From: Oscillospiraceae bacterium
Lineage (GTDB): Bacteria; Bacillota; Clostridia; Oscillospirales; JAKOTC01
Direction of reading: 5' to 3'
DNA length: 64,000 nt
Assembly: GCA_035353335.1 (NCBI GenBank)
Contig: DAOPZJ010000003.1
Coordinates: 4,157-68,156, forward strand
Within the stretch, counting starts at the first letter, position 1. Each line of letters starts with the position of its first letter. The notes beneath the pieces are model-generated. The model was not told the origin of the DNA. It did no database searches and saw nothing but the letters and a program-made list of their open reading frames with translations. Position numbers and translations under genes: made by a program. Positions 27,452-37,436 of the stretch are shown in pieces.

Positions 27452-28719
27452 TCTACCAAAGTAAAATATTAAACGAGACCACCGAGATCCTCAGCCACCA
27501 TAGCGGCCTGACGGTGATTTTATGCCAAAAACCGGGCGCAGTGAGTAACTATGCGGGTTTCTGCGCCAAATACGGTTCGATTGATACCCGATTCAAATTA
27601 AAAACCGATGACAGTTATACCGAGATCGTCGACGGGGTCGCGCATTTTTTGGAGCACAAGCTCTTCGAGAGTGAGCAGGGCGACGCATTTACGCTGTTCG
27701 CGAAGACCGGAGCGAGCGCCAACGCCGCGACTTCGTTTGATAAAACCAATTATTATTTCACCACGACCCGAAATTTTTACGAAGCTTTAAAGATCTTGCT
27801 CGACTTCGTCACTCACCCTTATTTCACCGATCAGACCATCGCCAAAGAACAAGGAATAATCGGCCAGGAAATCAAGATGTATGATGACATGCCGGGTTGG
27901 CGGGTCTATTTCAACTTCCTGGGCGCACTCTATCATAACAGCGCCGTTAAAATCGACATCGGCGGCAGCATCGAGAGCATTTCCAAAATAACGCCTGTTC
28001 TGCTCAATAAAATTTATTCGTCTTTTTATTCGCTGCGTAATATGGCTCTCGTCGTCGCGGGTGATTTCGAGCGTGAAAAAGTGCTCTCCCTGTGCGACGA
28101 ACGTCTCTCGTACGCGCCTGAGATTGAAATTGTGAGAAACGAAAAACCCGAGCCGCCCGAACTTGTTAAAAACTTTGTCAACCAGCAGCTCGAAGTCGTC
28201 ATGCCGTTGTTTCAGTGCGGCTATAAACTGCGCAAACCGACCGCCAAAGAGGAACCCGTCTATTTCGCGGCAGGCGAGTCGCTCTGCGAACTCGCCATCG
28301 GTGAGGGCTCGGCGCTCTACCGGGAGCTTTATGACTCCGGTCTGATCAATTCCAATTTCGGCGGCGGCCTCGATGACAGCCGCGGGCATTGCTGCCTGAT
28401 TTTCGGGGGTGAAAGCCCTGCCCCCGAGACAGTCGCCGAAAAGATCAAAGCCGCTTTTACCGACCTTTCAAAGGGCATCTCCGACGAGGACTTTTCGCGT
28501 ATCAAATCCAAGCTCTGCGGCCGGATACTCAACAGCTACAATACCCCCATCGGCGCGGGCCGAATCGCCAACGAGGCCTTTTTCTCCGGTGTCGCGCCGT
28601 TTGCGCACGCCGAAGCCTATTTCGGCTTAAAAAAGTCCGACCTCGAATCAATGCTTGCCAATGAAATCGATAATGGCTGTTTCGCGCTTTCAACCGTCAC
28701 CGGCTTTGAAAAGCAATAA
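27448..28719 (+). CDS. M16-family zinc peptidase (pitrilysin/insulinase type)
   Basis: The HFLEHKLFE inverted zinc motif (HxxEH) is present. Confidence 0.9.
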   Translation: MIYQSKILNETTEILSHHSGLTVILCQKPGAVSNYAGFCAKYGSIDTRFKLKTDDSYTEIVDGVAHFLEHKLFESEQGDAFTLFAKTGASANAATSFDKTNYYFTTTRNFYEALKILLDFVTHPYFTDQTIAKEQGIIGQEIKMYDDMPGWRVYFNFLGALYHNSAVKIDIGGSIESISKITPVLLNKIYSSFYSLRNMALVVAGDFEREKVLSLCDERLSYAPEIEIVRNEKPEPPELVKNFVNQQLEVVMPLFQCGYKLRKPTAKEEPVYFAAGESLCELAIGEGSALYRELYDSGLINSNFGGGLDDSRGHCCLIFGGESPAPETVAEKIKAAFTDLSKGISDEDFSRIKSKLCGRILNSYNTPIGAGRIANEAFFSGVAPFAHAEAYFGLKKSDLESMLANEIDNGCFALSTVTGFEKQ

Positions 28720-28815
28720 ATTCAGCACCCTCCCCACACAAAGCTCCTATACAATACCTCACCATGAACGGCATCACATCGCAAGACCGGTCTGATGAGA
28801 AAGGATGTTCTTTTT

Positions 28816-30039
28816 ATGTCCGAATACTGGTATTCGTTCCCGAATCTCGGAATCACCTTCAATATGAATCCGGTCGCTTTCACTCTCGGCTCCTTCGATA
28901 TTAAATGGAGCTTGATTTTTGCCGTCATCGCGGTCATGATCGGATTTTATCTCTATTTTAAGGCGGTTTCAAAGCAAAAACTCGAAAAAAAACCAACCGC
29001 GTTCATCACGGCGGTAACAGTGTTCTTTGCCCTCGTCGGGGCACGGCTTGTCTTCATTATCCCGGCGAATCTCGCCGCAATGGACCAGATGTATTATGAA
29101 TCGGGCAACTACCCCGACTCCGGATTTTACAATACCTTCTTTAAGATGATCGCATTTTTTGACGGAACCTACGGCGGCATGAACCTTTTCGGCGGTTTGA
29201 TTTTCGGTTTGATCGCACTCGCAATCATCTGTAAAATGCTGAAAAGTCCGCTGCCGAAATATTTAGACAGCATCGTTTACGCGCTTCCTGCTTCCATTGC
29301 GGTTTACTCTCTCGGCTACATAACCGATCAGACCTCTTTCGGCAGGCACACCAATTCCTTGCTTGCCGTCAACAGCGCAGTTATAGAAAAATGGGTTGAT
29401 GTCATGCGCCTGAACGATATTGCACGCGGCGGCGCTGCCATCGGGCCGAACGTCAAGTGGATTGTCGGAAATCCGGTCGCGCCTACCCCGGTCTATGAGA
29501 TTTTGGGCTGTATAGCGGTCATCCTCATCGTATATTTGATTTCGAAATACATGTTGTTTATCGGAGAAAAATTCCTTTGGTCACTTGGCCTTTATTCGCT
29601 CGTACGCGCTTTCACAGAAAACACACGCATTGATGCCGCACTTTTTTGGAATATGCGCATCAACGTAATGTTTTCCGTGATAGCGGTTTTGGTTTGTGCC
29701 ATCCTGATCACGGTCATCCGCTGGCAGGTCAGAGAAGGCAAACTGAACCATATCTCACTTTACGTTGATCCCCGTAAAAACAACGGCTTTGAAAACGACA
29801 CTTTTGTCCAAAAAGTCTATAAGCATGAAGTTGATGCCGCCCCTGATGAAACCGTCGCCGAAGGCCCCGGCGAGGCAGATACAGTCTCCGGTGATACCGG
29901 TAATTCGACTCTCGGCGAAGCCGATTCCTTATCCCGACAACCATCTCCCGAACCCGAGACCCCGGAGGGCAAGGGGCAGGTCTGGACGGCGGATGACCCG
30001 GGCGGAAATGACGAAAAAAGCGAAACCGACAGCAAATAA
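28816..30039 (+). CDS. Lgt-family (prolipoprotein diacylglyceryl transferase-like) membrane protein, divergent, with acidic low-complexity tail
   Basis: N-terminus FPNLGI..., GGMNLFGGLIFG, PTPVYE and VRAFTENTRID are Lgt-like. The usual GR[IL]GNFxNxE signature reads YSLGYITDQT here. ATG 28816; the track starts at 28795. Confidence 0.6.
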   Translation: MSEYWYSFPNLGITFNMNPVAFTLGSFDIKWSLIFAVIAVMIGFYLYFKAVSKQKLEKKPTAFITAVTVFFALVGARLVFIIPANLAAMDQMYYESGNYPDSGFYNTFFKMIAFFDGTYGGMNLFGGLIFGLIALAIICKMLKSPLPKYLDSIVYALPASIAVYSLGYITDQTSFGRHTNSLLAVNSAVIEKWVDVMRLNDIARGGAAIGPNVKWIVGNPVAPTPVYEILGCIAVILIVYLISKYMLFIGEKFLWSLGLYSLVRAFTENTRIDAALFWNMRINVMFSVIAVLVCAILITVIRWQVREGKLNHISLYVDPRKNNGFENDTFVQKVYKHEVDAAPDETVAEGPGEADTVSGDTGNSTLGEADSLSRQPSPEPETPEGKGQVWTADDPGGNDEKSETDSK

Positions 30040-30059
30040 ACTATCAACGGAGGAAAACG

Positions 30060-30920
30060 ATGGCGATTCTCATTGACGGAAAAGCGCTTGCCGCAAAAGT
30101 GAAAGACGAAGTAGCCGAAGATGCGGCTCTGCTGCGGGAAAGAGGGATTGTCCCCTGCCTGACAGTAATTTTAGTCGGCGAGGACTCCGGCTCTCAAATT
30201 TATGTGCGCAACAAAAAGAAGGCCTGCGAAGAAAACGGCATCGCTTCGCGATCTTTCGAGCTTCCCGAAAACACTTCCGAAAGCCGGATCTTGGAACTCG
30301 TCTCCGAACTGAACGCCGACCCGACGGTCGACGGCATTTTGATCCAGCAGCCGCTTCCGAAACACCTCGACCCGGTCAGGTTGATGGAATCGGTAGATCC
30401 GAAAAAAGATGTCGATTGCCTGACCTATGACAGCTGCGGGCGGCTAATGTCGGGCAGGCCGTATTTTCTGCCCTGTACGCCTGCAGGCATCATGCGGATG
30501 CTGCTCGAATATAACATCTCGGTCTCAGGGAAGAATTGCGTCGTCGTCGGAAGAAGCGGAATCGTCGGCCGACCGATGGCGATGATGCTGCTCTGGCAAA
30601 ACGGCACGGTGACGGTGTGCCATTCCAAAACCAAAGATCTCGCCGCCGAGTGCCGCCGCGCCGATATTTTAATTGTGGCCACCGGCAAACGCGATCTCGT
30701 CACCGCAGATATGGTCAAAGACGGCTGCGTCGTCATCGACGTCGGAATGAACCGCGACGAAAACGGCAAACTGCACGGCGACGTAGACTTTGTAAATGTC
30801 GAGAAAAAGGCTTATGCAATCACGCCCGTACCCGGAGGCGTCGGCCCGATGACTATCGCGATGCTCTTGAAAAACACGATCTCCGCCGCCAAAATGCGTT
30901 CGGAACAGAAAAAACAATAA
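30060..30920 (+). CDS. folD: bifunctional methylenetetrahydrofolate dehydrogenase / methenyl-THF cyclohydrolase
   Basis: 286 aa. Motifs YVRNKKKACEE, GILIQQPLP and PVPGGVGPMTIAML. Confidence 0.95.
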   Translation: MAILIDGKALAAKVKDEVAEDAALLRERGIVPCLTVILVGEDSGSQIYVRNKKKACEENGIASRSFELPENTSESRILELVSELNADPTVDGILIQQPLPKHLDPVRLMESVDPKKDVDCLTYDSCGRLMSGRPYFLPCTPAGIMRMLLEYNISVSGKNCVVVGRSGIVGRPMAMMLLWQNGTVTVCHSKTKDLAAECRRADILIVATGKRDLVTADMVKDGCVVIDVGMNRDENGKLHGDVDFVNVEKKAYAITPVPGGVGPMTIAMLLKNTISAAKMRSEQKKQ

Positions 30921-30941
30921 AAAGAGAGGGTGCCTTTGAAG

Positions 30942-32630
30942 ATGAAAAAAACAAGGGTTGTTTTTGCGCTTTTTTTAACGCTTCTGATACTTGCCGGCTG
31001 CGCGGCTCCTTCGATTTCCCCGTCCTCCTCGGCTTCAATGCCTGCGGCACCGATCCCAGCGGTCGCAGATAACCCCGCATCGATCACCATCACCAATCAG
31101 AAATTTTTCGACGGCGCCGACAGCACGCAAAAAGCTGAATGGCTGACGACGCTCGGTCAAAGTGCCCCTGCTCTGAACATCGGTTCTCTCACACTGGGTG
31201 AAAGCGCCTATATCGAAACAATTGTGGATAAAGCGAAAAATAAATCCCTCAGCGGCTTTGTCTATGTTGACAACTATTCCGACCTGTGGAAACTGGTCGA
31301 CGCGGGCGTGGTCGTCCCGCTCGGCCAATATGTCAAAGACAGCGAAATCTGGGCAGCTCTGCCGGAAAACTTTAAAGCCGCGCTGACTGCCAACGGCTCG
31401 GTTTGGGGCATTCCCGCCGACGGCGAATATGTGTTGCCCTGGGTGCGCAGTTACCGCGCCGAATGGCTCGCAGAACTCGATCGCGCCATCCCGGAGAACA
31501 CCGACGATTTGAAATCTCTGCTGGCTCTGCTCGCAGAGCATGAGGAGGCCGGGATTTACTCCGTCAACGCTGCCGGACTCGCGGACATCTTTGCGGCTTT
31601 CGACGCGCCGCTTTCCTACGGCGGTCCGATCGGGTACAACGAGGCCTATTCCGGCATCGTCGACTCCATGCTGACTGACGGCGCAAAAAGCGCTCTTTCC
31701 TACCTGCGCGACCTGTACCGGATGGGCGCGATCAACAGCGATTTTCTCACGACAAACTATGACGAACTTGCCAAGGTCATGACCAAGGGTACCGCCGCAA
31801 GTACATATTATCCGCTCGGCGGCGCAAAATTGAATTTCGGAGCCACGCTGTCCAAGGAGACGCCTTATCAGGTCTATACCGAATCCGCCGGTGGTCTTAA
31901 TGGGAAAGGCACTCCGATTACCGTCAAGGGAGGGGCATATTGCCTGCTCACAAACAGCGCCCAACCGCTCGAGACCACCCGGTATTTGCTCAAAATGCTG
32001 TGGGGCAGCGAGAGTAATTGGCTTGCCTGCAGCGTCGGCATCACGGGCTATACCAAGACCGAGAGCGGCTTGGTCCTCGATTACGCCGACAGCAAATACA
32101 CCCTGATCCCGCGCCCGAATCTCTGCGGAACACTGCCCGGCATGTTCGAAGCCAAGACCTATCTGCGGTTTTATACCGATACTCCCGCGGCTGATAAAGA
32201 ACTCGCGCAGGTAGCTTCCCAGCATTATTACACGATGATCACCGAGGGACTTGCGAACGGTGATTTCTATTTCCGCCATCCGCTTCTCACCGGCATTACA
32301 TCGGCGACTTATTCCGAAAAGGCGGACGCGTTCAGCACGGCATTTGTCCAATTGCTGAAATCGGCCGTCACAGACCCGAATACCACGGTTGAAAATGCGC
32401 TGAGCATTTATAAACAAACCGTAGGAGCATTGGGCGGCGATAAGGTTCTGACCGAAGCCAACGCCGCGCTCGGCGTTTACCCGGCTCAAACCTATATTCC
32501 CACAGCAGCTTCCTCCGCATCCTCCGGTACATCCAAAGCTGCGTCATCCGCTTTATCATCATCCGTAACTTCAACCGCTGCCTCTTCGGCAACCTCCGCC
32601 GCCTCTCCCGCTGCTTCTTCGAGACCCTAA
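30942..32630 (+). CDS. extracellular solute-binding lipoprotein (large family-1-like SBP), orphan, Ser/Ala-rich C-terminal tail
   Basis: ATG 30942 gives MKKTRVVFALFLTLLILAGC (lipobox). The tail is AASSASSGTSKAASSALSSSVTSTAASSATSAASPAASS. Confidence 0.75.
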   Translation: MKKTRVVFALFLTLLILAGCAAPSISPSSSASMPAAPIPAVADNPASITITNQKFFDGADSTQKAEWLTTLGQSAPALNIGSLTLGESAYIETIVDKAKNKSLSGFVYVDNYSDLWKLVDAGVVVPLGQYVKDSEIWAALPENFKAALTANGSVWGIPADGEYVLPWVRSYRAEWLAELDRAIPENTDDLKSLLALLAEHEEAGIYSVNAAGLADIFAAFDAPLSYGGPIGYNEAYSGIVDSMLTDGAKSALSYLRDLYRMGAINSDFLTTNYDELAKVMTKGTAASTYYPLGGAKLNFGATLSKETPYQVYTESAGGLNGKGTPITVKGGAYCLLTNSAQPLETTRYLLKMLWGSESNWLACSVGITGYTKTESGLVLDYADSKYTLIPRPNLCGTLPGMFEAKTYLRFYTDTPAADKELAQVASQHYYTMITEGLANGDFYFRHPLLTGITSATYSEKADAFSTAFVQLLKSAVTDPNTTVENALSIYKQTVGALGGDKVLTEANAALGVYPAQTYIPTAASSASSGTSKAASSALSSSVTSTAASSATSAASPAASSRP

Positions 32631-32662
32631 AGACATAATTAAAAAATAAAGGAACGGACAAA

Positions 32663-34147
32663 ATGAGGGAACTTGGTTTCGACAACAATGCCTATATCAA
32701 AATTCAGACCGAGCAGATTTTAAAGCGCATCTCGGAGTTTGACAACAAACTCTATCTGGAGTTCGGCGGAAAGCTCTTCGACGACTATCACGCGTCGCGG
32801 GTCCTTCCGGGATTCGAAATCGACAGTAAAATCCGGATTTTGCAAGGCCTGCGCGACCGCTGTGAGATCATCATCGTCATCAACGCGGGCGACATCGAAA
32901 AGACCAAAACCCGCTCCGACATCGGCATCACCTATGATATGGACGTTTTGCGTCTCATCGACAACCTGCGGCGGCTGGAGTTGCCTGTGACTGCCGTCGT
33001 CATCGCACAGTACTGCGGGCAGCCATCTGCGGATATCTTCCGCAATAAGCTCGAACAGCGCGGAGAGCGCACCGTTATCCACCGTCCCATCCAGGGTTAT
33101 CCGACCGATGTGGATCTCGTCGTCAGCGACTCCGGCTACGGCGCAAACCCCTATATCGAGACAACGATGCCTTTGGTGGTCGTGACCGCTCCCGGGCCCG
33201 GGAGCGGAAAAATGGCGACATGTCTGTCCCAGCTTTATCATGAGCACTGCTGCAATGTCCGCGCGGGTTATGCGAAATACGAGACCTTTCCGATCTGGAA
33301 CCTGCCGCTTAAACACCCCATCAATTTGGCTTATGAAGCCGCAACCGCCGACCTTAACGACGTCAATATGATCGACCCGTTCCATTTGGAGGCCTACGGC
33401 AAAACTGCGGTAAACTATAACCGGGATATCGAGATTTTCCCTATTGTAAAAACGATTTTAAACCGCATCATGGGCCGGGATCTGTATAAATCCCCGACCG
33501 ACATGGGCGTGAACATGGCGGGATTTTGCATCAGCGACGACAAAGTCTGCCGCGAAGCCGCCAAACAGGAGGTCATCCGCCGCTATTTCAAGAGCAGCTG
33601 CGACTGCAAACAGGGCCGCATCGATGAATCCGCCGTCCAAAAAAACGAACTCATCATGAAAGAACTCGACCTGAGGGTCGAGGACCGTCCCGTCGTCGCC
33701 TGCGCGCTCGAGCGGAAAGACACGTGCGGCCACATGGCCTCTGCGATCTGCCTGCCTGACGGAACCCTGCTCACAGGGAAAACCACCCCGCTGATGTCTT
33801 CCCCCTGCGCGATGATTTTAAATGCCGTCAAACAGCTGGCCGGAATTGCGGACGATATGCTGTTGCTTTCGCCGCTTGTTTTGGAACCGATGCAGAAAAT
33901 GAAACGCGAGATTTACGGTGAAAAGGCCTCTGCCCTGACGCTTGACGAGGTTGTAATCGCGCTCTCCATCTCCGCCGCGACAAATCCGATGGTTGATTAT
34001 GCCTATAAAAAACTCACGGAATTAAGGGGCTGCGAAGCGCATTCCACATTCATCGTATCTGCAAATGACGAACGGGTTTTGAGAGGACTCGGCATCAACC
34101 ATACCTGCGAACCCGTATACCGCAATAAAAACCTGTATTACACCTGA
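32663..34147 (+). CDS. DUF1846 / UPF0371 family protein
   Basis: N-terminus GFDNNAYIKIQTEQILKRISEFDNKLYLEFGGKLFDDYHASRVLPGF is characteristic of this family. Confidence 0.88.
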   Translation: MRELGFDNNAYIKIQTEQILKRISEFDNKLYLEFGGKLFDDYHASRVLPGFEIDSKIRILQGLRDRCEIIIVINAGDIEKTKTRSDIGITYDMDVLRLIDNLRRLELPVTAVVIAQYCGQPSADIFRNKLEQRGERTVIHRPIQGYPTDVDLVVSDSGYGANPYIETTMPLVVVTAPGPGSGKMATCLSQLYHEHCCNVRAGYAKYETFPIWNLPLKHPINLAYEAATADLNDVNMIDPFHLEAYGKTAVNYNRDIEIFPIVKTILNRIMGRDLYKSPTDMGVNMAGFCISDDKVCREAAKQEVIRRYFKSSCDCKQGRIDESAVQKNELIMKELDLRVEDRPVVACALERKDTCGHMASAICLPDGTLLTGKTTPLMSSPCAMILNAVKQLAGIADDMLLLSPLVLEPMQKMKREIYGEKASALTLDEVVIALSISAATNPMVDYAYKKLTELRGCEAHSTFIVSANDERVLRGLGINHTCEPVYRNKNLYYT

Positions 34148-34176
34148 TACCGACCTCTTGAAAGGTAGCGATCAAT

Positions 34177-35220
34177 ATGATGACAAGCCGTGAGATCATG
34201 CTGGCCACGCTGAATTTTGAAAAGCCCGAACGCGTGGCGCTGAACCTGTGGAATAACGGCAACCACACCTACGACGACACCTGCTGGATTCCGGTATTGC
34301 CCGATAAACAATACGACGGCAGCTGGAAAAAGCCCGAGGAATATTTTTCGAAATATCCGGGTTTAAAAAGTTTTCGGGGTGAGGTTCGTCTTGACGAATA
34401 CGGCTCCTTATGGGGCCGCCTTCCGGGGGATTTCGGCTGCGGCGAAGTGCTTTACGGCGCAATCACTGATTGGGAACAGTTGAAAGATTATCAGATTCCC
34501 CATGTTTCCGATAAAGCGCGTTTTGCCGATGCGAAAGAAGGATTTATCAAAGATAAATTTTCGATGGGCGGAATTCCCGGTTTTCCGTTTGCCATCATGC
34601 GCTATATCCGCAAGATGGAGTATTTCCTCGAAGATCTGATCTTGGAGCGGGAAAATGTCATGACGCTCAACGAGATGGTCATGAAAGAACTGCTCGGCAT
34701 GATCGACAACTACGGCGAACTCGGCGTCGATGCCATTTTTACCTGTGAGGACTGGGGTACTCAAGACCGTCTTCTCATCAGTCCGGCATTATGGCGCGAG
34801 GTATTCAAGCCGTCGCTCAAACGGATTTTCGACCGCATCCACGAACACGGCATGTATGCGATTATGCACTCCTGCGGCTATATTTGGGAAATATTGCCCG
34901 ACCTCGTCGAAATCGGCGTGGACTGCATGCAGTTTGACGCACCGACTTTGATGGGCATGAAACGCGTCAGCGACTTGTTCGGCAAAAAGGTCACGATGTT
35001 TTCTCCGGTCGATATTCAAAAAATTCTGCCGATTCCCGACCCCGAAGTCACGCGCAGGAGCGTGAGAGAAATGATCGATCTGTTCTGCCCCAAAGGCGGC
35101 GGATTGATTTTAAAAGATTACGGAGATTATAAAACCATCCAAATCCCACCCGAGAACGTCGAAGCCATGCACGACGAATTTATTACCTACGGAGCGAATC
35201 TGGCGCGTTATTATAAATAA
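34177..35220 (+). CDS. uroporphyrinogen decarboxylase (URO-D) family protein, MtaA/CmuA-like
   Basis: 347 aa. The overall URO-D pattern, including DWGTQ and HSCG. Confidence 0.75.
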   Translation: MMTSREIMLATLNFEKPERVALNLWNNGNHTYDDTCWIPVLPDKQYDGSWKKPEEYFSKYPGLKSFRGEVRLDEYGSLWGRLPGDFGCGEVLYGAITDWEQLKDYQIPHVSDKARFADAKEGFIKDKFSMGGIPGFPFAIMRYIRKMEYFLEDLILERENVMTLNEMVMKELLGMIDNYGELGVDAIFTCEDWGTQDRLLISPALWREVFKPSLKRIFDRIHEHGMYAIMHSCGYIWEILPDLVEIGVDCMQFDAPTLMGMKRVSDLFGKKVTMFSPVDIQKILPIPDPEVTRRSVREMIDLFCPKGGGLILKDYGDYKTIQIPPENVEAMHDEFITYGANLARYYK

Positions 35221-35318
35221 TGCAGGGGCGGATATCATCCGCTCGCATAGATAACCGCTACTTCTCCACCGGATATCTTCTTCAATTTCAAAGGGCGGAT
35301 GATATCCGCTCCTACAAC
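35221..35318. repeat. inverted pair of REP-like elements (BIME-like)
   Basis: TGCAGGGGCGGATATCATCCGCTC (35221-35244) faces GGGCGGATGATATCCGCTCCTACAAC (35293-35318). The tail runs into the AGGAGG RBS of the next gene. Confidence 0.75.
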
Positions 35319-35331
35319 AGGAGGTCTATTC

Positions 35332-36402
35332 ATGGACAAAATCAATGTCGCCGTCATCGGACTCGGACGCAGCGGCCGCAACATTCACATCAAACAGCTG
35401 CTCACCGACAACCGCTACCAAATCGTCGCTGCCTGCGACTTGCTTGCCGACCGCAGGGAACGGGCCAAAGCCGAAGTAAACTGTGACGTTTACGCCGATT
35501 ATCACGACCTGCTCAAACGCAATGATATCGACTTATACGTCAACGCCACACACAGCGACACCCATTATTCAATTACCAAGGAACTGCTTTCAGCGGGCAA
35601 GTCGGTCATCTCTGAAAAACCGGCCGCAAAAACGCCCGAGGAAGTTGAAGACCTGATTCAAACAGCCGAAAAGAGCGGGAGCAAGTTCTTCGCTTTTTAT
35701 CAGCAGAGCCGCAACGCGCCTTATTTCGTCAAAGCCAAGGAGGTTGCCGACAGCGGTGTGCTCGGCCGCATTGTCTTTGTGCGCGTGGCGTTCGACGGAT
35801 TCAGCCGCCGATGGGACTGGCAGACGGTACAGCGCAAAGTCGCGGGAAATCTTTATAACACCGGACCTCACCCGGTTGATCAGGCGCTCCGGTTTTTAAA
35901 TTATGACGGAATGCCGCAGGTATTTTGCCATATGGACCGCGCCAACAGCTACGGCGATGCCGAGGACTTTGTCAAAATTCTGCTCAAAGCTCCGGAACAC
36001 CCGCTTGTGGAAGTCGAAATATCTTCCTGCTCTGCCTACCCCGATGCCACCTATTCGATACAAGGAACCTGCGGCTCACTCAAGGGCACGATGAGCCACA
36101 TCGACTGGAAGTATTTTGACCCAAGGACCGCACCCGGGCACGAACTCGTCATCACCCCGATGGTCGATGCGGACAATATGCCCGCTTACCCTGCCGAGAC
36201 CCTCGACTGGATCGAAAAAAGCTGGGATGTCCCTGCGGAAGACGCAGATCTGTTTAACGCCATCAATTCGCGTTATTATAATCTGGTCTACGCCGCACTG
36301 ACCGACGGCGCCGACTTTCCGATCAAGCCCGAACAGGCCATTCAACAATTGAAAATCATTCGGGAGTGCCACCGTCAAAACCCGTTCCCGGTCAAGTTTT
36401 AA
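35332..36402 (+). CDS. Gfo/Idh/MocA-family oxidoreductase
   Basis: ATG 35332 after AGGAGG gives MDKINVAVIGLGRSG (Rossmann motif); the track start 35299 lies inside the repeat. Confidence 0.9.
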   Translation: MDKINVAVIGLGRSGRNIHIKQLLTDNRYQIVAACDLLADRRERAKAEVNCDVYADYHDLLKRNDIDLYVNATHSDTHYSITKELLSAGKSVISEKPAAKTPEEVEDLIQTAEKSGSKFFAFYQQSRNAPYFVKAKEVADSGVLGRIVFVRVAFDGFSRRWDWQTVQRKVAGNLYNTGPHPVDQALRFLNYDGMPQVFCHMDRANSYGDAEDFVKILLKAPEHPLVEVEISSCSAYPDATYSIQGTCGSLKGTMSHIDWKYFDPRTAPGHELVITPMVDADNMPAYPAETLDWIEKSWDVPAEDADLFNAINSRYYNLVYAALTDGADFPIKPEQAIQQLKIIRECHRQNPFPVKF

Positions 36403-36429
36403 TATTTCCCCGACACGAAAGGATTTCAT

Positions 36430-37284
36430 ATGGAAAAACTGCCATTTAAAATCAATCTCAAAAATAAAATCGCGGTCGTGACCGGCGCAGGCGGTGTGCT
36501 CTGCTCCGGCTTTGCCAAAACGCTGGCCGCCTGCGGCGCAAAAGTCGCGGTGCTTGACCTTCGGCTCGAAGCGGCACAAAAAGTCGCCGACGAGATCACC
36601 GCGGACGGCGGAATTGCAATTGCGGTCTCTGCAAACGTGCTTGAAAAAGACTCGCTCGAAACCGCACGCAAAGATGTCACCGAAAAACTCGGCGTCTGCG
36701 ACATTCTCATCAACGGCGCGGGCGGCAACAACCCCAAGGGCACGACCGACAACGAGACGCTCTCGCTTGCCGATCTCGACAATCCCAACATTCGCACTTT
36801 TTTTGACCTCGACCCGGACGGCGTTTCGTTTGTCTTCAATCTCAACTTCATCGGCACCCTGCTTCCGACGCAGGCGTTTGCCAAAGATATGGCCAAAAAG
36901 GGCGGCGGCATTATCCTGAACGTCTCTTCAATGAACGCTTTCCGGCCGTTAACCAAAATTCCGGCTTACAGCGCGGCAAAAGCGGCGGTTTCGAACTTCA
37001 CGGCATGGCTCGCGGTGCATTTCGCGCCGGTCGGCATCCGTGTCAACGCCATCGCCCCGGGTTTCTTTGTCACGAACCAGAACTATAATCTCCTGTTCGA
37101 TGCCGAGGGCAACCCCACGGCGCGTTCCAAAAAGATTCTGGCTCATACTCCGATGAACCGCTTCGGCGAACAGGAAGACCTTACCGGTACCTTGCTGTGG
37201 CTGTGCGATGATGCCGCTTCCGGCTTTGTCAACGGCATTGTCGTCCCGGTCGACGGCGGCTTTTCTGCCTACAGCGGAGTATAA
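36430..37284 (+). CDS. SDR-family oxidoreductase (sugar-acid reductase-like)
   Basis: Motifs TGAGGVLC, NGAGGN and YSAAK. Confidence 0.88.
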   Translation: MEKLPFKINLKNKIAVVTGAGGVLCSGFAKTLAACGAKVAVLDLRLEAAQKVADEITADGGIAIAVSANVLEKDSLETARKDVTEKLGVCDILINGAGGNNPKGTTDNETLSLADLDNPNIRTFFDLDPDGVSFVFNLNFIGTLLPTQAFAKDMAKKGGGIILNVSSMNAFRPLTKIPAYSAAKAAVSNFTAWLAVHFAPVGIRVNAIAPGFFVTNQNYNLLFDAEGNPTARSKKILAHTPMNRFGEQEDLTGTLLWLCDDAASGFVNGIVVPVDGGFSAYSGV

Positions 37285-37436
37285 AAAGCCTCGCTTCGCG
37301 ATGCCCAATCCCAAAAACCCCCGGCGATTCGCTCGGGAAAAATCCCTTACATTATATTTTCCGGATTCTGCTGACGCGAATCTCGGATGCCATTTGCCTT
37401 AAGGTCCGTGCAGCGGCTCGCCAATCAGACAGGAGA

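Noticed and set aside
31035-32489. 484-aa minus-strand ORF.
   Set aside because: It is antisense to the solute-binding lipoprotein gene, which has a lipobox and a coherent fold pattern. This is a shadow ORF.
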